Assembly (NCBI GenBank): GCA_025612245.1
Contig: JAAXKQ010000005.1
Coordinates: 70,009 to 134,008, forward strand
Direction of reading: 5' to 3'
From: Ignavibacteria bacterium
Lineage (GTDB): Bacteria; Bacteroidota; Ignavibacteria; Ignavibacteriales; SURF-24
DNA length: 64,000 nt
The notes beneath the pieces are model-generated. The model was not told the origin of the DNA, made no database searches, and was given only the letters and a program-made list of their open reading frames with translations. Shown here one piece after another: positions 8,119 through 17,167 of this stretch; position 1 is the stretch's first letter, and each line of letters begins with the position of its first letter. A program made the position numbers and the translations under genes.

Positions 8119-11100
8119 TTACTCGACTCCAAGCTGATCCTTTGCCATTGCATAATAGAATCCTTTCTGACGGATCAGTTCATCGTGAGTGCCTTTCTCC
8201 AGGACAATTCCGTCGCCGAGGAAACAGATTATGTCTGCGTTTCTTACCGTGCTCAGTCTGTGGGCAATGATAAAGGCCGTACGGTTAACGAGAATATTAT
8301 TCAGGTTTTCCTGAATCTTTCTTTCCGATTCCGCGTCAAGGGCTGATGTAGCCTCGTCAAAAATGAATATCTTGGGATTTCTGTAAAGCGCCCTTGCAAT
8401 GCAAATCCTCTGTTTTTGCCCGCCCGAGACTGCAAGGCCTCTTTCGCCGACTATCGTTTTATACCCGGCCGGCAGCTGTGTGATGAATTCATGGGCCGCG
8501 GCCATTTCTGCTGCCTCGCGGACCCTCTTCTCATCGGGATTTATGTCGCCAAGTGCTATGTTTTCCATTACCGTTCCGCTGAAAAGAAAACTTTCCTGGA
8601 GCACCATTCCGATGTTCCGTCTCAAAGAAAGGAGGTTAATATTCTTTATGTCAACCCCGTCAATCAGCAGTGAGCCTCCCGTAGGCATAATGAATCCCGG
8701 GATAGTTTTAATTAAAGTTGATTTGCCGCAGCCCGACTTGCCGACAAAGGCAACAACCTGACCGGGTTCCACTTTAAGGCTTATGCTTTTAAGTACGAGC
8801 GGTGAATCTTCAGAGCCATACCTGAACTGGAGGTTATTAAATTCAATGCGGCCATCGCAGTGTGTCATTTCGCGTTTTATTTCGCCGGCTGATACAACAG
8901 GTTTTTCCTCCGGCTCGCATTCAAAGACGTCGTTCAGCCTGTCCATTGCAACAGAAACCGACTGGTAGTTATCCCACAGTCCTACGATGCTCATGATAGG
9001 GCCCATTACAGAGCCTATAAGTGCATTAAATGCCATTAGCTGTCCGATGGACATAGAGCCATTGATTACCTGGTTGGAGCCCACCCAGAGTATGGCTACC
9101 GTAGATGCCGTATTCAGTGTCTGACTTATGACACCCGAGACTAGTCCCAGCTTCTGTGACTTAAAGGACAAGTTTACGGATTTCAGGAATGATTCTTCCC
9201 AGCGGTTTCTGACATTCCATTCCGTTCCGTTTGCCTTGATGGTCTCGATGCCGTGTATGGCTTCTATGAGATAGGATGACTGGTCGGAGCTAACAATGAA
9301 CTGCTCGTTGCTGATCCTTTTGAAAATAGGCGTAAAGACGAAGGTCAGCGCGATAAAAAACGGAATAAATGCAAGAACCACGAGTGAGAGTGTAACGCTG
9401 TAGAGAAACATCATCTGCAGATATACAACCAGCATAATTACGTTAAGGACCGTAGAAATTGAGGCCTCGGTAAGTATGGCCCTGATCTTTGAGTTTTCGC
9501 CAAAGCGCGTTATCGTGTCGCCAAGTTTCCTGTTGTAAAAATAACTCATCGGGAGGCTGAGCACGTACTTGAAAAACTCAGCCAGCATGCGAAGGTCCAG
9601 CTTGGCTGAAATGGTTGCAATTATGAACTGCTGGGCGCTCGAAGTCAAAGTGGAAAAGAAAGCAACGAGCACCATTCCCATCAGCATCATGTTCAATAGA
9701 GACGTGTTTTTATAGACTATTACGTTATCAAGAATGGACTGAATAAAAAGAGGGCTGGCAAGGCCCAGAATATTCAGTATGAGTGCCCCTATAAAGACCT
9801 CAATCAAGAAAATCTTCATTGGTTTCAGGTAGTTTATGTACCTGAATATCGGGTTCTTCGCCGGCTTGAGCTCATTAAGGCGTTCTGTAGGCTCAAGCTC
9901 AATGGCATAACCGGTCCAGCTTTTTTTGAACTCGCCGTGTGAAATTTTTCTGATTCCGATTGCAGGGTCAGCCACCCACACGAATTCTTTGGATATCTTA
10001 AAAAGTACAATCCAGTGATAACCCTGCCAGTGAAGAATGGCAGGAAGGTTTACATCTTTTAATGCCGGGTATGTAAGCTTCAGCCCGCGCGTCCTGAAGC
10101 CGAGGTTTTCACCTGCCTTGCACACGGCAGCCATTGAGGCGCCTGCAACAGAGACGTTTGCCATTTCCCTTACCATACCCATGCTCAGCTTGTGTCCGTA
10201 GAACTTGGAGACCATCGTAAGGCAGGCAGCACCGCAATCCATTTCGTCGTGCTGCCTGAGCCAGGGGAATTTCTTTATTTTCTTTCCCTCGTCGAAAGCA
10301 GGGAATTCATCCTCAGTTTCGCTTGTGTGAGAGCTGAGTTCTTTCTGGCGCTTCTCTTCAGTTTCGTAGCTGTTGATTTTCTCTAAAAGGGCCTCCCTCA
10401 GTGCTCCGTTCAAGGAAAATATTTCCTGGACAAAATTATTAGGGATTTCGAGCAATGTTGCGGCCGTCTTGGTCCTGGCTTCATAGCCCTGCTTCCGGCC
10501 AGTAATTGCTCCGTACTCGCCCAAAAAGTCGCCATTATGGGCCAGCCCGACGGAGAACTTGCCTTCGGGCATATCCCTGAGAATTTCTATAGAGCCCTTT
10601 ACGACGTAATAAAGGGAGTTGCTCATTTCGTCCTGTTTGAAGATGGTTTCGGCTTCTTCGTAGCCGGAAATCCAGACACTCTCAGAAAGCTGGCCTAGCC
10701 AGGCTTCGTCCGGCTTTTTGACTGCAACTATTTTTGAAAGCAATCTCTTAAATTCGGAGCATGCAATTTCTTTTTTCAGCTTGGAGGCAACACTGGCAAG
10801 CTCTGGCTTCCCGGCATTTATTTCATATACAAGGGTTTCATCGGCCGAAGAAATGGAATAATCCCAGCAGCCGGGCCTGATGAAAGACATCTCGCCCGTA
10901 AAGTCGCCGGCATTTAATTTCCCGACGCTTCTGAGTTTATCGTCAATCTTTTTTTTGAGGCGGAGGCTTCCTGAAACGACGGAAATAAAGGTATTCTGCT
11001 CATCGCCCTCGTTATAAAGCTCTTCGCCAAGAGTGAGCTTTCGTGTTGAGGTATTAGCCGAGAGAGCCTCCATCTCCTCAGCTGTAAGGCCGGAGAAGAG

Positions 11101-11148
11101 TGACACAGAATTTAATTTTTCTAAAACCGCATCTTCTTTAAAATACAT
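8119..11148 (-). CDS. C39 peptidase-domain ABC exporter with two N-terminal cyclic-nucleotide-binding-like domains
   Basis: 1009 aa. Two cNMP-like modules lie at about aa 15-125 and 150-250 (LFSGLTAEEMEAL...GDFTGEMSFI; YYVVKGSIEIL...GDFLGEYGAITG). The C39 domain has Gln299, Cys305 (RQHDEMDCGAACL), His378 (GYHWIVL) and Asp394 (VADPA). A six-helix TMD follows, then an NBD with GKSGCGKST, VSGGQKQR, IFIFDEATSALD and IIAHRLS. Confidence 0.9.
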   Translation of the reverse strand: MYFKEDAVLEKLNSVSLFSGLTAEEMEALSANTSTRKLTLGEELYNEGDEQNTFISVVSGSLRLKKKIDDKLRSVGKLNAGDFTGEMSFIRPGCWDYSISSADETLVYEINAGKPELASVASKLKKEIACSEFKRLLSKIVAVKKPDEAWLGQLSESVWISGYEEAETIFKQDEMSNSLYYVVKGSIEILRDMPEGKFSVGLAHNGDFLGEYGAITGRKQGYEARTKTAATLLEIPNNFVQEIFSLNGALREALLEKINSYETEEKRQKELSSHTSETEDEFPAFDEGKKIKKFPWLRQHDEMDCGAACLTMVSKFYGHKLSMGMVREMANVSVAGASMAAVCKAGENLGFRTRGLKLTYPALKDVNLPAILHWQGYHWIVLFKISKEFVWVADPAIGIRKISHGEFKKSWTGYAIELEPTERLNELKPAKNPIFRYINYLKPMKIFLIEVFIGALILNILGLASPLFIQSILDNVIVYKNTSLLNMMLMGMVLVAFFSTLTSSAQQFIIATISAKLDLRMLAEFFKYVLSLPMSYFYNRKLGDTITRFGENSKIRAILTEASISTVLNVIMLVVYLQMMFLYSVTLSLVVLAFIPFFIALTFVFTPIFKRISNEQFIVSSDQSSYLIEAIHGIETIKANGTEWNVRNRWEESFLKSVNLSFKSQKLGLVSGVISQTLNTASTVAILWVGSNQVINGSMSIGQLMAFNALIGSVMGPIMSIVGLWDNYQSVSVAMDRLNDVFECEPEEKPVVSAGEIKREMTHCDGRIEFNNLQFRYGSEDSPLVLKSISLKVEPGQVVAFVGKSGCGKSTLIKTIPGFIMPTGGSLLIDGVDIKNINLLSLRRNIGMVLQESFLFSGTVMENIALGDINPDEKRVREAAEMAAAHEFITQLPAGYKTIVGERGLAVSGGQKQRICIARALYRNPKIFIFDEATSALDAESERKIQENLNNILVNRTAFIIAHRLSTVRNADIICFLGDGIVLEKGTHDELIRQKGFYYAMAKDQLGVE

Positions 11149-11150
11149 AT

Positions 11151-12569
11151 CTATTTCCTTTCATCCTCACCGCTCAGGTAATCAAAGAACTTTCCTATAG
11201 GGGCAAAGACCAGTTCAATAATCCGTTTTTTACCTACAACAACTTCAGCCAGGCCGTTAGCCCCGTAAATCAGGTTTATTCTGGGGTTCTTTTTCGTAAA
11301 TCCCACCTGTGCTTCATAGACATATCCCAGGCCCTCGACGAGCTTTGTATCCTTTGCCAGGCTGACCAGCTGTCCTTCCTGGACCCCGTACTCCTGGTAG
11401 GGGAATGCGTGGAATTTTACGAATACCGGCTGACCAACTTTGACTTTTGAAATATCCTTGTTCTCAATGTATATCATTCCGTATCTTGGAAAATCGTTCC
11501 TGATTATCCGGCAGACAACCTCGCCCTGGTTGATCATTTGAGACGACTTTACGAAAAGCTGGCTTACGACGCCGGGGAACTGCGCTTTTACGATGGCCTG
11601 GCTTTGTGTTATTTCAACTCCCTCGGTCCTGCTGTTTACATTTTTTATCTGCAGGTTATAGTCCGAAAGCTGCGTGGCAAGGCTCTGCCTGAGTGAGCTC
11701 ATCTGTTTTAAGGCATTAAGGATGTCCGACTTGAATGAGCTGACATAGTTGTCTATTGTTGAAGAGACAGAGTAGTATTCTCTTTCCGAATTCATCAAAT
11801 CGGGACTGGAGATAATGCCTTGATTTAAGAGAGTCTTATTTTCATTATAAATTTTTGCGCGCTTTGAAAGAAGAATATCCGATTTCCTGACTTCATTAAG
11901 AAGATTGTTCGCACGCACCTTTAAGTCGGAGACCATCAGCCTGTATTCGTTGAGGCCGTTATATTGACTTACGTCATAAGCCGAGGAATCAAAACTGAAG
12001 TCATTCAGCTCTGCGATAACCTCGCCTGGAATAGGGACGCTGAATCTTTTATCTTTTTTCCCGTAGTATTCCCCGATTCCCTTTGTCTGCCTGATGAAGT
12101 CGCCCAGTTTTATTATCTTTTTAATTATTTCGTCGCGCTTATCTGTGAGATCCTTTTTTTCGAGTCCTGTCACGTTAATATTGGGGGAATAAATGGACAG
12201 GATTTCGTCATTAAAGGTGACGATGTCATTTTCATTGATCCCGAGTGAGGATACAATTCCGGAGAATGGCGCCTGCACGACGTATTCCTCGCCCCTTACG
12301 ATAAGGGGTGAACTGACCGTGTCGTCGACCTGCACAATTGTCGAATAGATGATGGCTCCGATTACAATTACAAAGACGAGATAGACCGGTCCCCTTAAAA
12401 CCCAGCTTGGAGGCGTATCCAGGAAAGTAGCTACAGAGACGGAAAATTCCTGCCTTGTTGTGTGCTCAAAGAGGTTTAGTGCCTTGTACTTTACGGGCTC
12501 ATTGTCTTTGGGGCTATCCTTTTTAAATTTTTTTCTGAAAAGAGAATAGAGTTTTTTTATTTTATCCAT
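11151..12569 (-). CDS. HlyD-family periplasmic adaptor (membrane fusion protein)
   Basis: 472 aa. N-terminal TM helix (VYLVFVIVIGAIIYSTIV), a lipoyl-like hairpin (VVQAPFSGIVSSL...ILSIYSP), a long coiled-coil, and a C-terminal beta-barrel (IVKAQFPGVVSQL...GEVVCRII). Ends 2 nt before the ABC gene. Confidence 0.8.
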   Translation of the reverse strand: MDKIKKLYSLFRKKFKKDSPKDNEPVKYKALNLFEHTTRQEFSVSVATFLDTPPSWVLRGPVYLVFVIVIGAIIYSTIVQVDDTVSSPLIVRGEEYVVQAPFSGIVSSLGINENDIVTFNDEILSIYSPNINVTGLEKKDLTDKRDEIIKKIIKLGDFIRQTKGIGEYYGKKDKRFSVPIPGEVIAELNDFSFDSSAYDVSQYNGLNEYRLMVSDLKVRANNLLNEVRKSDILLSKRAKIYNENKTLLNQGIISSPDLMNSEREYYSVSSTIDNYVSSFKSDILNALKQMSSLRQSLATQLSDYNLQIKNVNSRTEGVEITQSQAIVKAQFPGVVSQLFVKSSQMINQGEVVCRIIRNDFPRYGMIYIENKDISKVKVGQPVFVKFHAFPYQEYGVQEGQLVSLAKDTKLVEGLGYVYEAQVGFTKKNPRINLIYGANGLAEVVVGKKRIIELVFAPIGKFFDYLSGEDERK

Positions 12570-12640
12570 CTTTTGAAATCTGTCCGTTAAATAAATGACT
12601 GCTGTATTTTGGGAAAAACTAAACTAAAGGCTTAGAGAAT

Positions 12641-14761
12641 CTATTTTAAGATCATGATCTTTTGTGCCTGAGTAAAACTTCCACACCTCATCATCACAAA
12701 GTATGTGCCGCTTGGAAGATATTTTCTCCCCCATGAAAGCTTATGGTAACCTTTGGTCATCAGTCCTTTTAATATGTCTTCCACCTTTCTGCCCGTTACG
12801 TCATATAGTCCGATCTCGACATAGCCTTCCTTCGGGATGGAAAAGTGCAGAGTGGTAGATGGATTAAAGGGATTAGGATAAGGTTCATATAAAGCGTAAG
12901 CGCCTTTTTTAATCATGTCATTCGGAGTCTGGCAGTGCTGGTGAAACAGCCCCGTCACGGCTACGGGAAAAGGATTCGGATGCAGCAGGAATAACGGTAT
13001 TTCATCGGGGTTCTGCATGCCGTCATCTTCACAATAAAGGTAGTTATTTGTTACTTCAAGGTTTACCACTTTGAGGCTTTTCATCGTATCAGGTATTGTC
13101 TTGAGGAAGTTGTCTGATATGTTTATGGTTGCAACCGGGTTTTTGAGCTTTGTCAGGACAAGTGGCATTGAAGTAAACTTGTTGTTGTCGAGAGTTAAGT
13201 TAGCCAGGCTGTCAAGTCCGGAGAAACTCTCCGGAAGGTCCGTTAGCTCGTTATAAGACAGTGTAATGTTTACGAGCCTCATTTTTCCGAAATTCTCCGG
13301 GAGTCTGGCCAGTTTGTTGTTCTTAAGGCTGAGTACCCTGATCTCCGGGAGGTTGCAGAAGCTCTCCGGCAATTCCACCAGTTTATTATTCTCAAGGTTC
13401 TGCACCACAATACCCTTCAGATTTCCGTAGTTTTGCGGAAGGCGGGTAAGTTCGCAATTTTGCAGTGCAATTACGCGGAGCTGGGTCCCTATCTGCCCGA
13501 ATGTTTCGGGCAACGTTTCCAGGGGGTTGTCATTCAGATAAATTTCCTTCAGAGTGTGAAGGTTTCCTATGGAGCCCGGAATACTTGTAAGTGAATTGCC
13601 GTATAAAAAGACAGATTCAATGGATGGGAAGCTTCCGAAGGCAGAAGGCAGCAAAGAAAGGCTGTTGCTCGAAAGGTCCAGCATCTTTAGCTGCGGCATC
13701 AGTCCAATGTCATCCGGCAGAGATGATATCTTATTAACTGAGGCATTGAATGATTCAAGGCTATCCATCTGCCACATGTTTATGGGCAGCGTCTTTAAGG
13801 CATTTTTTGAAACGTTAAGAGACTTTAGCCCCTTCAGGCTTGTAATTCCGCCGGGAAGGACCTCAAAATTATTATCCGCAAGTATGAGCGTCTTCAGGCT
13901 AGTCTTCAGGCTAAAGAGCCCTTCAGGAAGCGTTTTCAGGTAATTTTTCTCAAGGTTGAGCAAATTTAGTTTCTTCAGGCCTCCAAGAGTTCCGGGGAGG
14001 CTTAAAAGAGAGTCATAAGTAAGAGATAATGTTTCGAGTCTGGACAAGCTCCCCGTGCTGTTCGGGAGCTTATAGAGCGAACGGTTGTTATCCAGGTAAA
14101 GTTCTGTAAGAGGTAGCCCATCCAGGTCTTCTTCTTTTATTTCTTTAATTATATTCCCGGCAAGGTTCAGATACTTCAGCTTACCAAGCCTGTTAAAGAA
14201 TTTGATGTCGGAGCCAAAGCCCGGGATGCAGAACAGTGTGTCTGCAGGCAGCCTCTGAAGTCCGTTTGCCGACAGGTCCAGATAGCTCAGTGAATTAAGA
14301 TACACAAACTTTTTCGGCAGGGCGGTAAGCCTGTTGCCGGAAAGGCTCAGGAACTGAAGGCCGGAAAAAGCAGTGATCTCATCGTCGAGGCTTTTAACGG
14401 CATTGTTATTCAGAATCAGTGTGTCTAAATTTGTGAGCTTGTAAAAATTTACGGGCAGGAAGGTAATCTTGTTATAGCTCAGGTCCAGATAGTGCAGTGC
14501 CGTAAGGTTTTCAATTGTTTCGGGAATATTTTCCAGGTCGTAATTGCTTACGATAAGTTTCTCGAGTCTCCCAGTAAAATAATTCCATTTTTGATAACCT
14601 ATCGATCCCGGGGCTTCACCATACAGGCTGTTTGCCGCACACAGATCCCTTATAAATTGAACGTCATCCTCATTAAGCGATAACTGAGCAAAGGTTGTCT
14701 GAAGGAAAATGCACTGAAAAGCTGCAACTAATACTAAATTTCTCAGCCAATTTATTTTCAT
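12641..14761 (-). CDS. Leucine-rich-repeat protein with T9SS C-terminal sorting domain
   Basis: 706 aa. Signal peptide (LVLVAAFQCIFLQTTFAQ). Roughly twenty 23-24-aa LxxLxLxxNxLxxLP repeats by hand estimate. C-terminus is YPNPFNPSTTLHFSIPKEGYVEIGLYDVTGRKV...KIMILK. The 71-nt gap to the HlyD gene has no evident hairpin. Confidence 0.85.
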   Translation of the reverse strand: MKINWLRNLVLVAAFQCIFLQTTFAQLSLNEDDVQFIRDLCAANSLYGEAPGSIGYQKWNYFTGRLEKLIVSNYDLENIPETIENLTALHYLDLSYNKITFLPVNFYKLTNLDTLILNNNAVKSLDDEITAFSGLQFLSLSGNRLTALPKKFVYLNSLSYLDLSANGLQRLPADTLFCIPGFGSDIKFFNRLGKLKYLNLAGNIIKEIKEEDLDGLPLTELYLDNNRSLYKLPNSTGSLSRLETLSLTYDSLLSLPGTLGGLKKLNLLNLEKNYLKTLPEGLFSLKTSLKTLILADNNFEVLPGGITSLKGLKSLNVSKNALKTLPINMWQMDSLESFNASVNKISSLPDDIGLMPQLKMLDLSSNSLSLLPSAFGSFPSIESVFLYGNSLTSIPGSIGNLHTLKEIYLNDNPLETLPETFGQIGTQLRVIALQNCELTRLPQNYGNLKGIVVQNLENNKLVELPESFCNLPEIRVLSLKNNKLARLPENFGKMRLVNITLSYNELTDLPESFSGLDSLANLTLDNNKFTSMPLVLTKLKNPVATINISDNFLKTIPDTMKSLKVVNLEVTNNYLYCEDDGMQNPDEIPLFLLHPNPFPVAVTGLFHQHCQTPNDMIKKGAYALYEPYPNPFNPSTTLHFSIPKEGYVEIGLYDVTGRKVEDILKGLMTKGYHKLSWGRKYLPSGTYFVMMRCGSFTQAQKIMILK

Positions 14762-14903
14762 CTTTTAAGATTCGTTTCGAAGGTTCTTAAAGTAACAAAA
14801 TTTGATTATAAACGAAAGCGTACATAAAAGAAAATTCCTTTAGATTTATTTTCGTATTTTTGCGTAAATTTTTTAATCGAAATTCAAATTATCTTCAGGC
14901 TGA

Positions 14904-16472
14904 ATGATGCCAGTGAAAGTTATAGCTTTAATTTCCTCCATGTTTGTACTTTCGTCCTTACTTACATTTGCAGGGGGAATCCGGGTTAAAAACGCCGTAA
15001 TTGATGAAATAAACCTGCAAAAGAAATATGCCTATGTGAGTTTTGACCTGAGCTGGGAAAACTCATGGCGGAGTGATCTGCCCGGAACGGGCCATGTTGA
15101 CCCTTTTAACCACGATGCCGCCTGGGTATTTGTGAAATATAAGGACCAGGCGGGCTACTTCAGGCATGCATTGCTTTCGAGCATAAGCCGGAGCCACGTT
15201 TCGGACGGGAAAGCTGCAATTAGTGCATCCCCGGATGGCAAGGGGGTCTTTATTTATTCCGGGAGCAATTTTTCGGGGCGCGCTGAATACAGGGGAATTA
15301 GGCTCAAATGGAATTTTGGTTCTGAAAATGCGGAAATTAAGAAAAGTACGGAGATCAGGGTCCTTGCTGTTGAAATGGTCTATGTTCCTGAAGGCTCCTT
15401 TTATGCCGGCGACGGCGCTTCCTATGGAAGCCTCTACGGCAAAACTCAGGATGTGCCATCGCTAATCGGCGAAGGCGAGAGCCTGGTTAGGGCTTCCAGG
15501 AACAGTTTTGATGATGAAGCTCTCATTCAGGAAGGATTTTGGATTTCGGGTAAATCGGGCATAAGATCCAAAGACGGCTCATTTGAAAATCCGGAATACC
15601 CGTGCGGATACGGAGCCTTCTATATTATGAAGTATGAAATATCACAGGGAGAGTATTCCGGGTTTTTGAACCTGATTTCGGTAAAACAGTCATACAGGCG
15701 TGAAGCAAAGGCCTATGGTGAATACAGGAATACGATCAGATTTGACGGAAATAAGTTTATTGCAGAACGCCCTTCAAGGGCCTGCAACTTTTTAAGCTGG
15801 ATGGATGGCGCTGCGTATGCAGACTGGACGGGGCTGCGCCCGATGAGTGAGCTTGAGTTTGAAAAAGCTGCCAGGGGTTTTAACTCCGGGGCAGGTCTTC
15901 CAAATGCCGCAAAAAAGAATGAATTTGCGTGGAATGATGATAGCATCAGTCCCGCACTGTCAATTGGGGGAAAGGAAGACGGTTCTGAGGTGGCCGAAGG
16001 TAATGCTGCATTTGGCAATGTAACCTATAAAGGAGGCGACGGTATGTCCGGTCCCTTGAGGTGCGGGATCTTTGAAAATCCGGGACAGGGGAAACTTTCA
16101 GGCCGAAGCTACTATGGGGTCCTGGACCTAAGCGGCAACCTTGCCGAACAGTGTGTTACAATCGGCAACCAGGCAGGCCGTTCATTTACAGGTAATGAAG
16201 GTGACGGCATGTTGAATGAAGCCGGGGACGCCGACGTAAGCTACTGGCCGGGCATTAATGGCAATTCAGATCAGGAGAAGTCAAGCCTGGCCTATGTGGG
16301 AAATGTTGTTGAAGGGCCCGGGGTTACTGCTGCAGCCGGAAGCGGGCAGAAAGGAGGCAGCTGGTATACGAAAAAGAGTTTCCTCATGATCAGCGACCGC
16401 TCGTACGCTTCACATCCGCTTGACTATAGATCCGAGTCCGCCGGTTTCAGATGCGTAAGAAGTGCCAGATAA
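14904..16472 (+). CDS. Exported FGE-sulfatase (SUMF1/GldK-like) domain protein
   Basis: 522 aa. Signal peptide (VIALISSMFVLSSLLTFAGG). The C-terminal half has SWMDGAAYADWTGLRPMSELEFEKAARG, YGVLDLSGNLAEQC, KGGSW and a terminal GFRCVRS, matching the formylglycine-generating-enzyme fold signature. Confidence 0.75.
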   Translation: MMPVKVIALISSMFVLSSLLTFAGGIRVKNAVIDEINLQKKYAYVSFDLSWENSWRSDLPGTGHVDPFNHDAAWVFVKYKDQAGYFRHALLSSISRSHVSDGKAAISASPDGKGVFIYSGSNFSGRAEYRGIRLKWNFGSENAEIKKSTEIRVLAVEMVYVPEGSFYAGDGASYGSLYGKTQDVPSLIGEGESLVRASRNSFDDEALIQEGFWISGKSGIRSKDGSFENPEYPCGYGAFYIMKYEISQGEYSGFLNLISVKQSYRREAKAYGEYRNTIRFDGNKFIAERPSRACNFLSWMDGAAYADWTGLRPMSELEFEKAARGFNSGAGLPNAAKKNEFAWNDDSISPALSIGGKEDGSEVAEGNAAFGNVTYKGGDGMSGPLRCGIFENPGQGKLSGRSYYGVLDLSGNLAEQCVTIGNQAGRSFTGNEGDGMLNEAGDADVSYWPGINGNSDQEKSSLAYVGNVVEGPGVTAAAGSGQKGGSWYTKKSFLMISDRSYASHPLDYRSESAGFRCVRSAR

Positions 16473-16535
16473 GGGCTTACCTTTTTGGGAGCCCATTTGG
16501 GTTAAAGTTTATATCTATAATTATAATATTCCAGC

Positions 16536-16574
16536 GCCGGACTATAATATTATAATTTATATCAGGCCGGACTA
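16536..16574. repeat. Direct repeat GCCGGACTA x2 with a 30-bp period, each embedded in an AT-rich palindromic context
   Basis: GCCGGACTA occurs at 16536-16544 and 16566-16574, flanked by TATAATTATAATATT / TATAATATTATAATTT. Lies about 65-120 bp upstream of the candidate -24/-12 element. Confidence 0.5.
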
Positions 16575-16639
16575 CGAATATGAAACTTCAATTCCTTAAA
16601 AATCGTTCCAAAAAGCCAAATAGTAGCCTTCAGGGAATC

Positions 16640-16655
16640 AGGCATAAAACTTGTT
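16640..16655 (+). promoter_or_regulatory. Weak sigma-54 -24/-12-like element upstream of the precursor genes
   Basis: AGGCAT-N5-TTGT compared with the consensus TGGCAC-N5-TTGC. GG is at the correct -24 position but the -12 GC reads GT. Lies 55 nt upstream of the ATG at 16711. Confidence 0.25.
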
Positions 16656-16710
16656 CAAGAAATAACAGATATTTATTTATGCTTACTCAAAATTTAACAG
16701 GAGGCCCTAC

Positions 16711-17157
16711 ATGGCAAGAATTAAATTAAATGATCTGGAAGTTAACCAGCAGCTTGATGCTGAGGCACTGAAGAATGTAACCGGCGGCGCCGGGACATAT
16801 ACAAATGCTGCTAATACCGGGACGAAAACCGGAGGAAATTCATCAAACTATGGTACACAGTCCGGCGGAACGGGTGGTTCGGGCGGTTATGCAAGCGGCG
16901 GCTCTACAAGCGGCGGAAGCGGCTTTGGAGGCCAGGGTATAGGCGGCGGAGCATCTTCAGGCGGATGGGGCTTCTTAAATTTTGGCGGCGGAAATAAAGG
17001 CGGCGCTGGCTATGGCGGCAATGCGTCGGCTTCGACCATTGGAGCAGTCGGTGGCGCCGGTGGCGCAGGCGGGTCAGCCGTGGGTGTCATGAATTCCGGC
17101 AATGTTACCGACAACATGTCTGAATCAGTTTCAATTCCTGTTACACTAAGCTTATAA
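16711..17157 (+). CDS. Double-glycine-leader, glycine-rich secreted protein precursor 1
   Basis: 148 aa. AGGAGG Shine-Dalgarno sequence 7 nt upstream. The leader MARIKLNDLEVNQQLDAEALKNVTGG has hydrophobic residues at -4, -7 and -12 and Glu at -9 relative to the GG. The 122-aa core has no Cys and 42 Gly by hand count. Conserved C-terminal tail SGNVTDNMSESVSIPVTLSL. Confidence 0.85.
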   Translation: MARIKLNDLEVNQQLDAEALKNVTGGAGTYTNAANTGTKTGGNSSNYGTQSGGTGGSGGYASGGSTSGGSGFGGQGIGGGASSGGWGFLNFGGGNKGGAGYGGNASASTIGAVGGAGGAGGSAVGVMNSGNVTDNMSESVSIPVTLSL

Positions 17158-17167
17158 GGAGAATAAT

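Noticed and set aside
14855-14862. A TATTTTTG string matching the Bacteroidota-type -7 promoter motif (TAnnTTTG), 42 nt upstream of the FGE gene.
   Set aside because: The motif is very common in AT-rich DNA and no convincing -33 TTTG partner is present. It is also uncertain whether this organism uses Bacteroidota-type sigma-A promoters.
16486-16500. A second sigma-54-like string, TGGGAG-N5-TTGG, just after the FGE gene stop codon.
   Set aside because: The -12 GC is missing, it lies about 210 nt from the precursor ATG, and it overlaps a weak hairpin after the stop codon. It is no better than chance in an intergenic region of this size.
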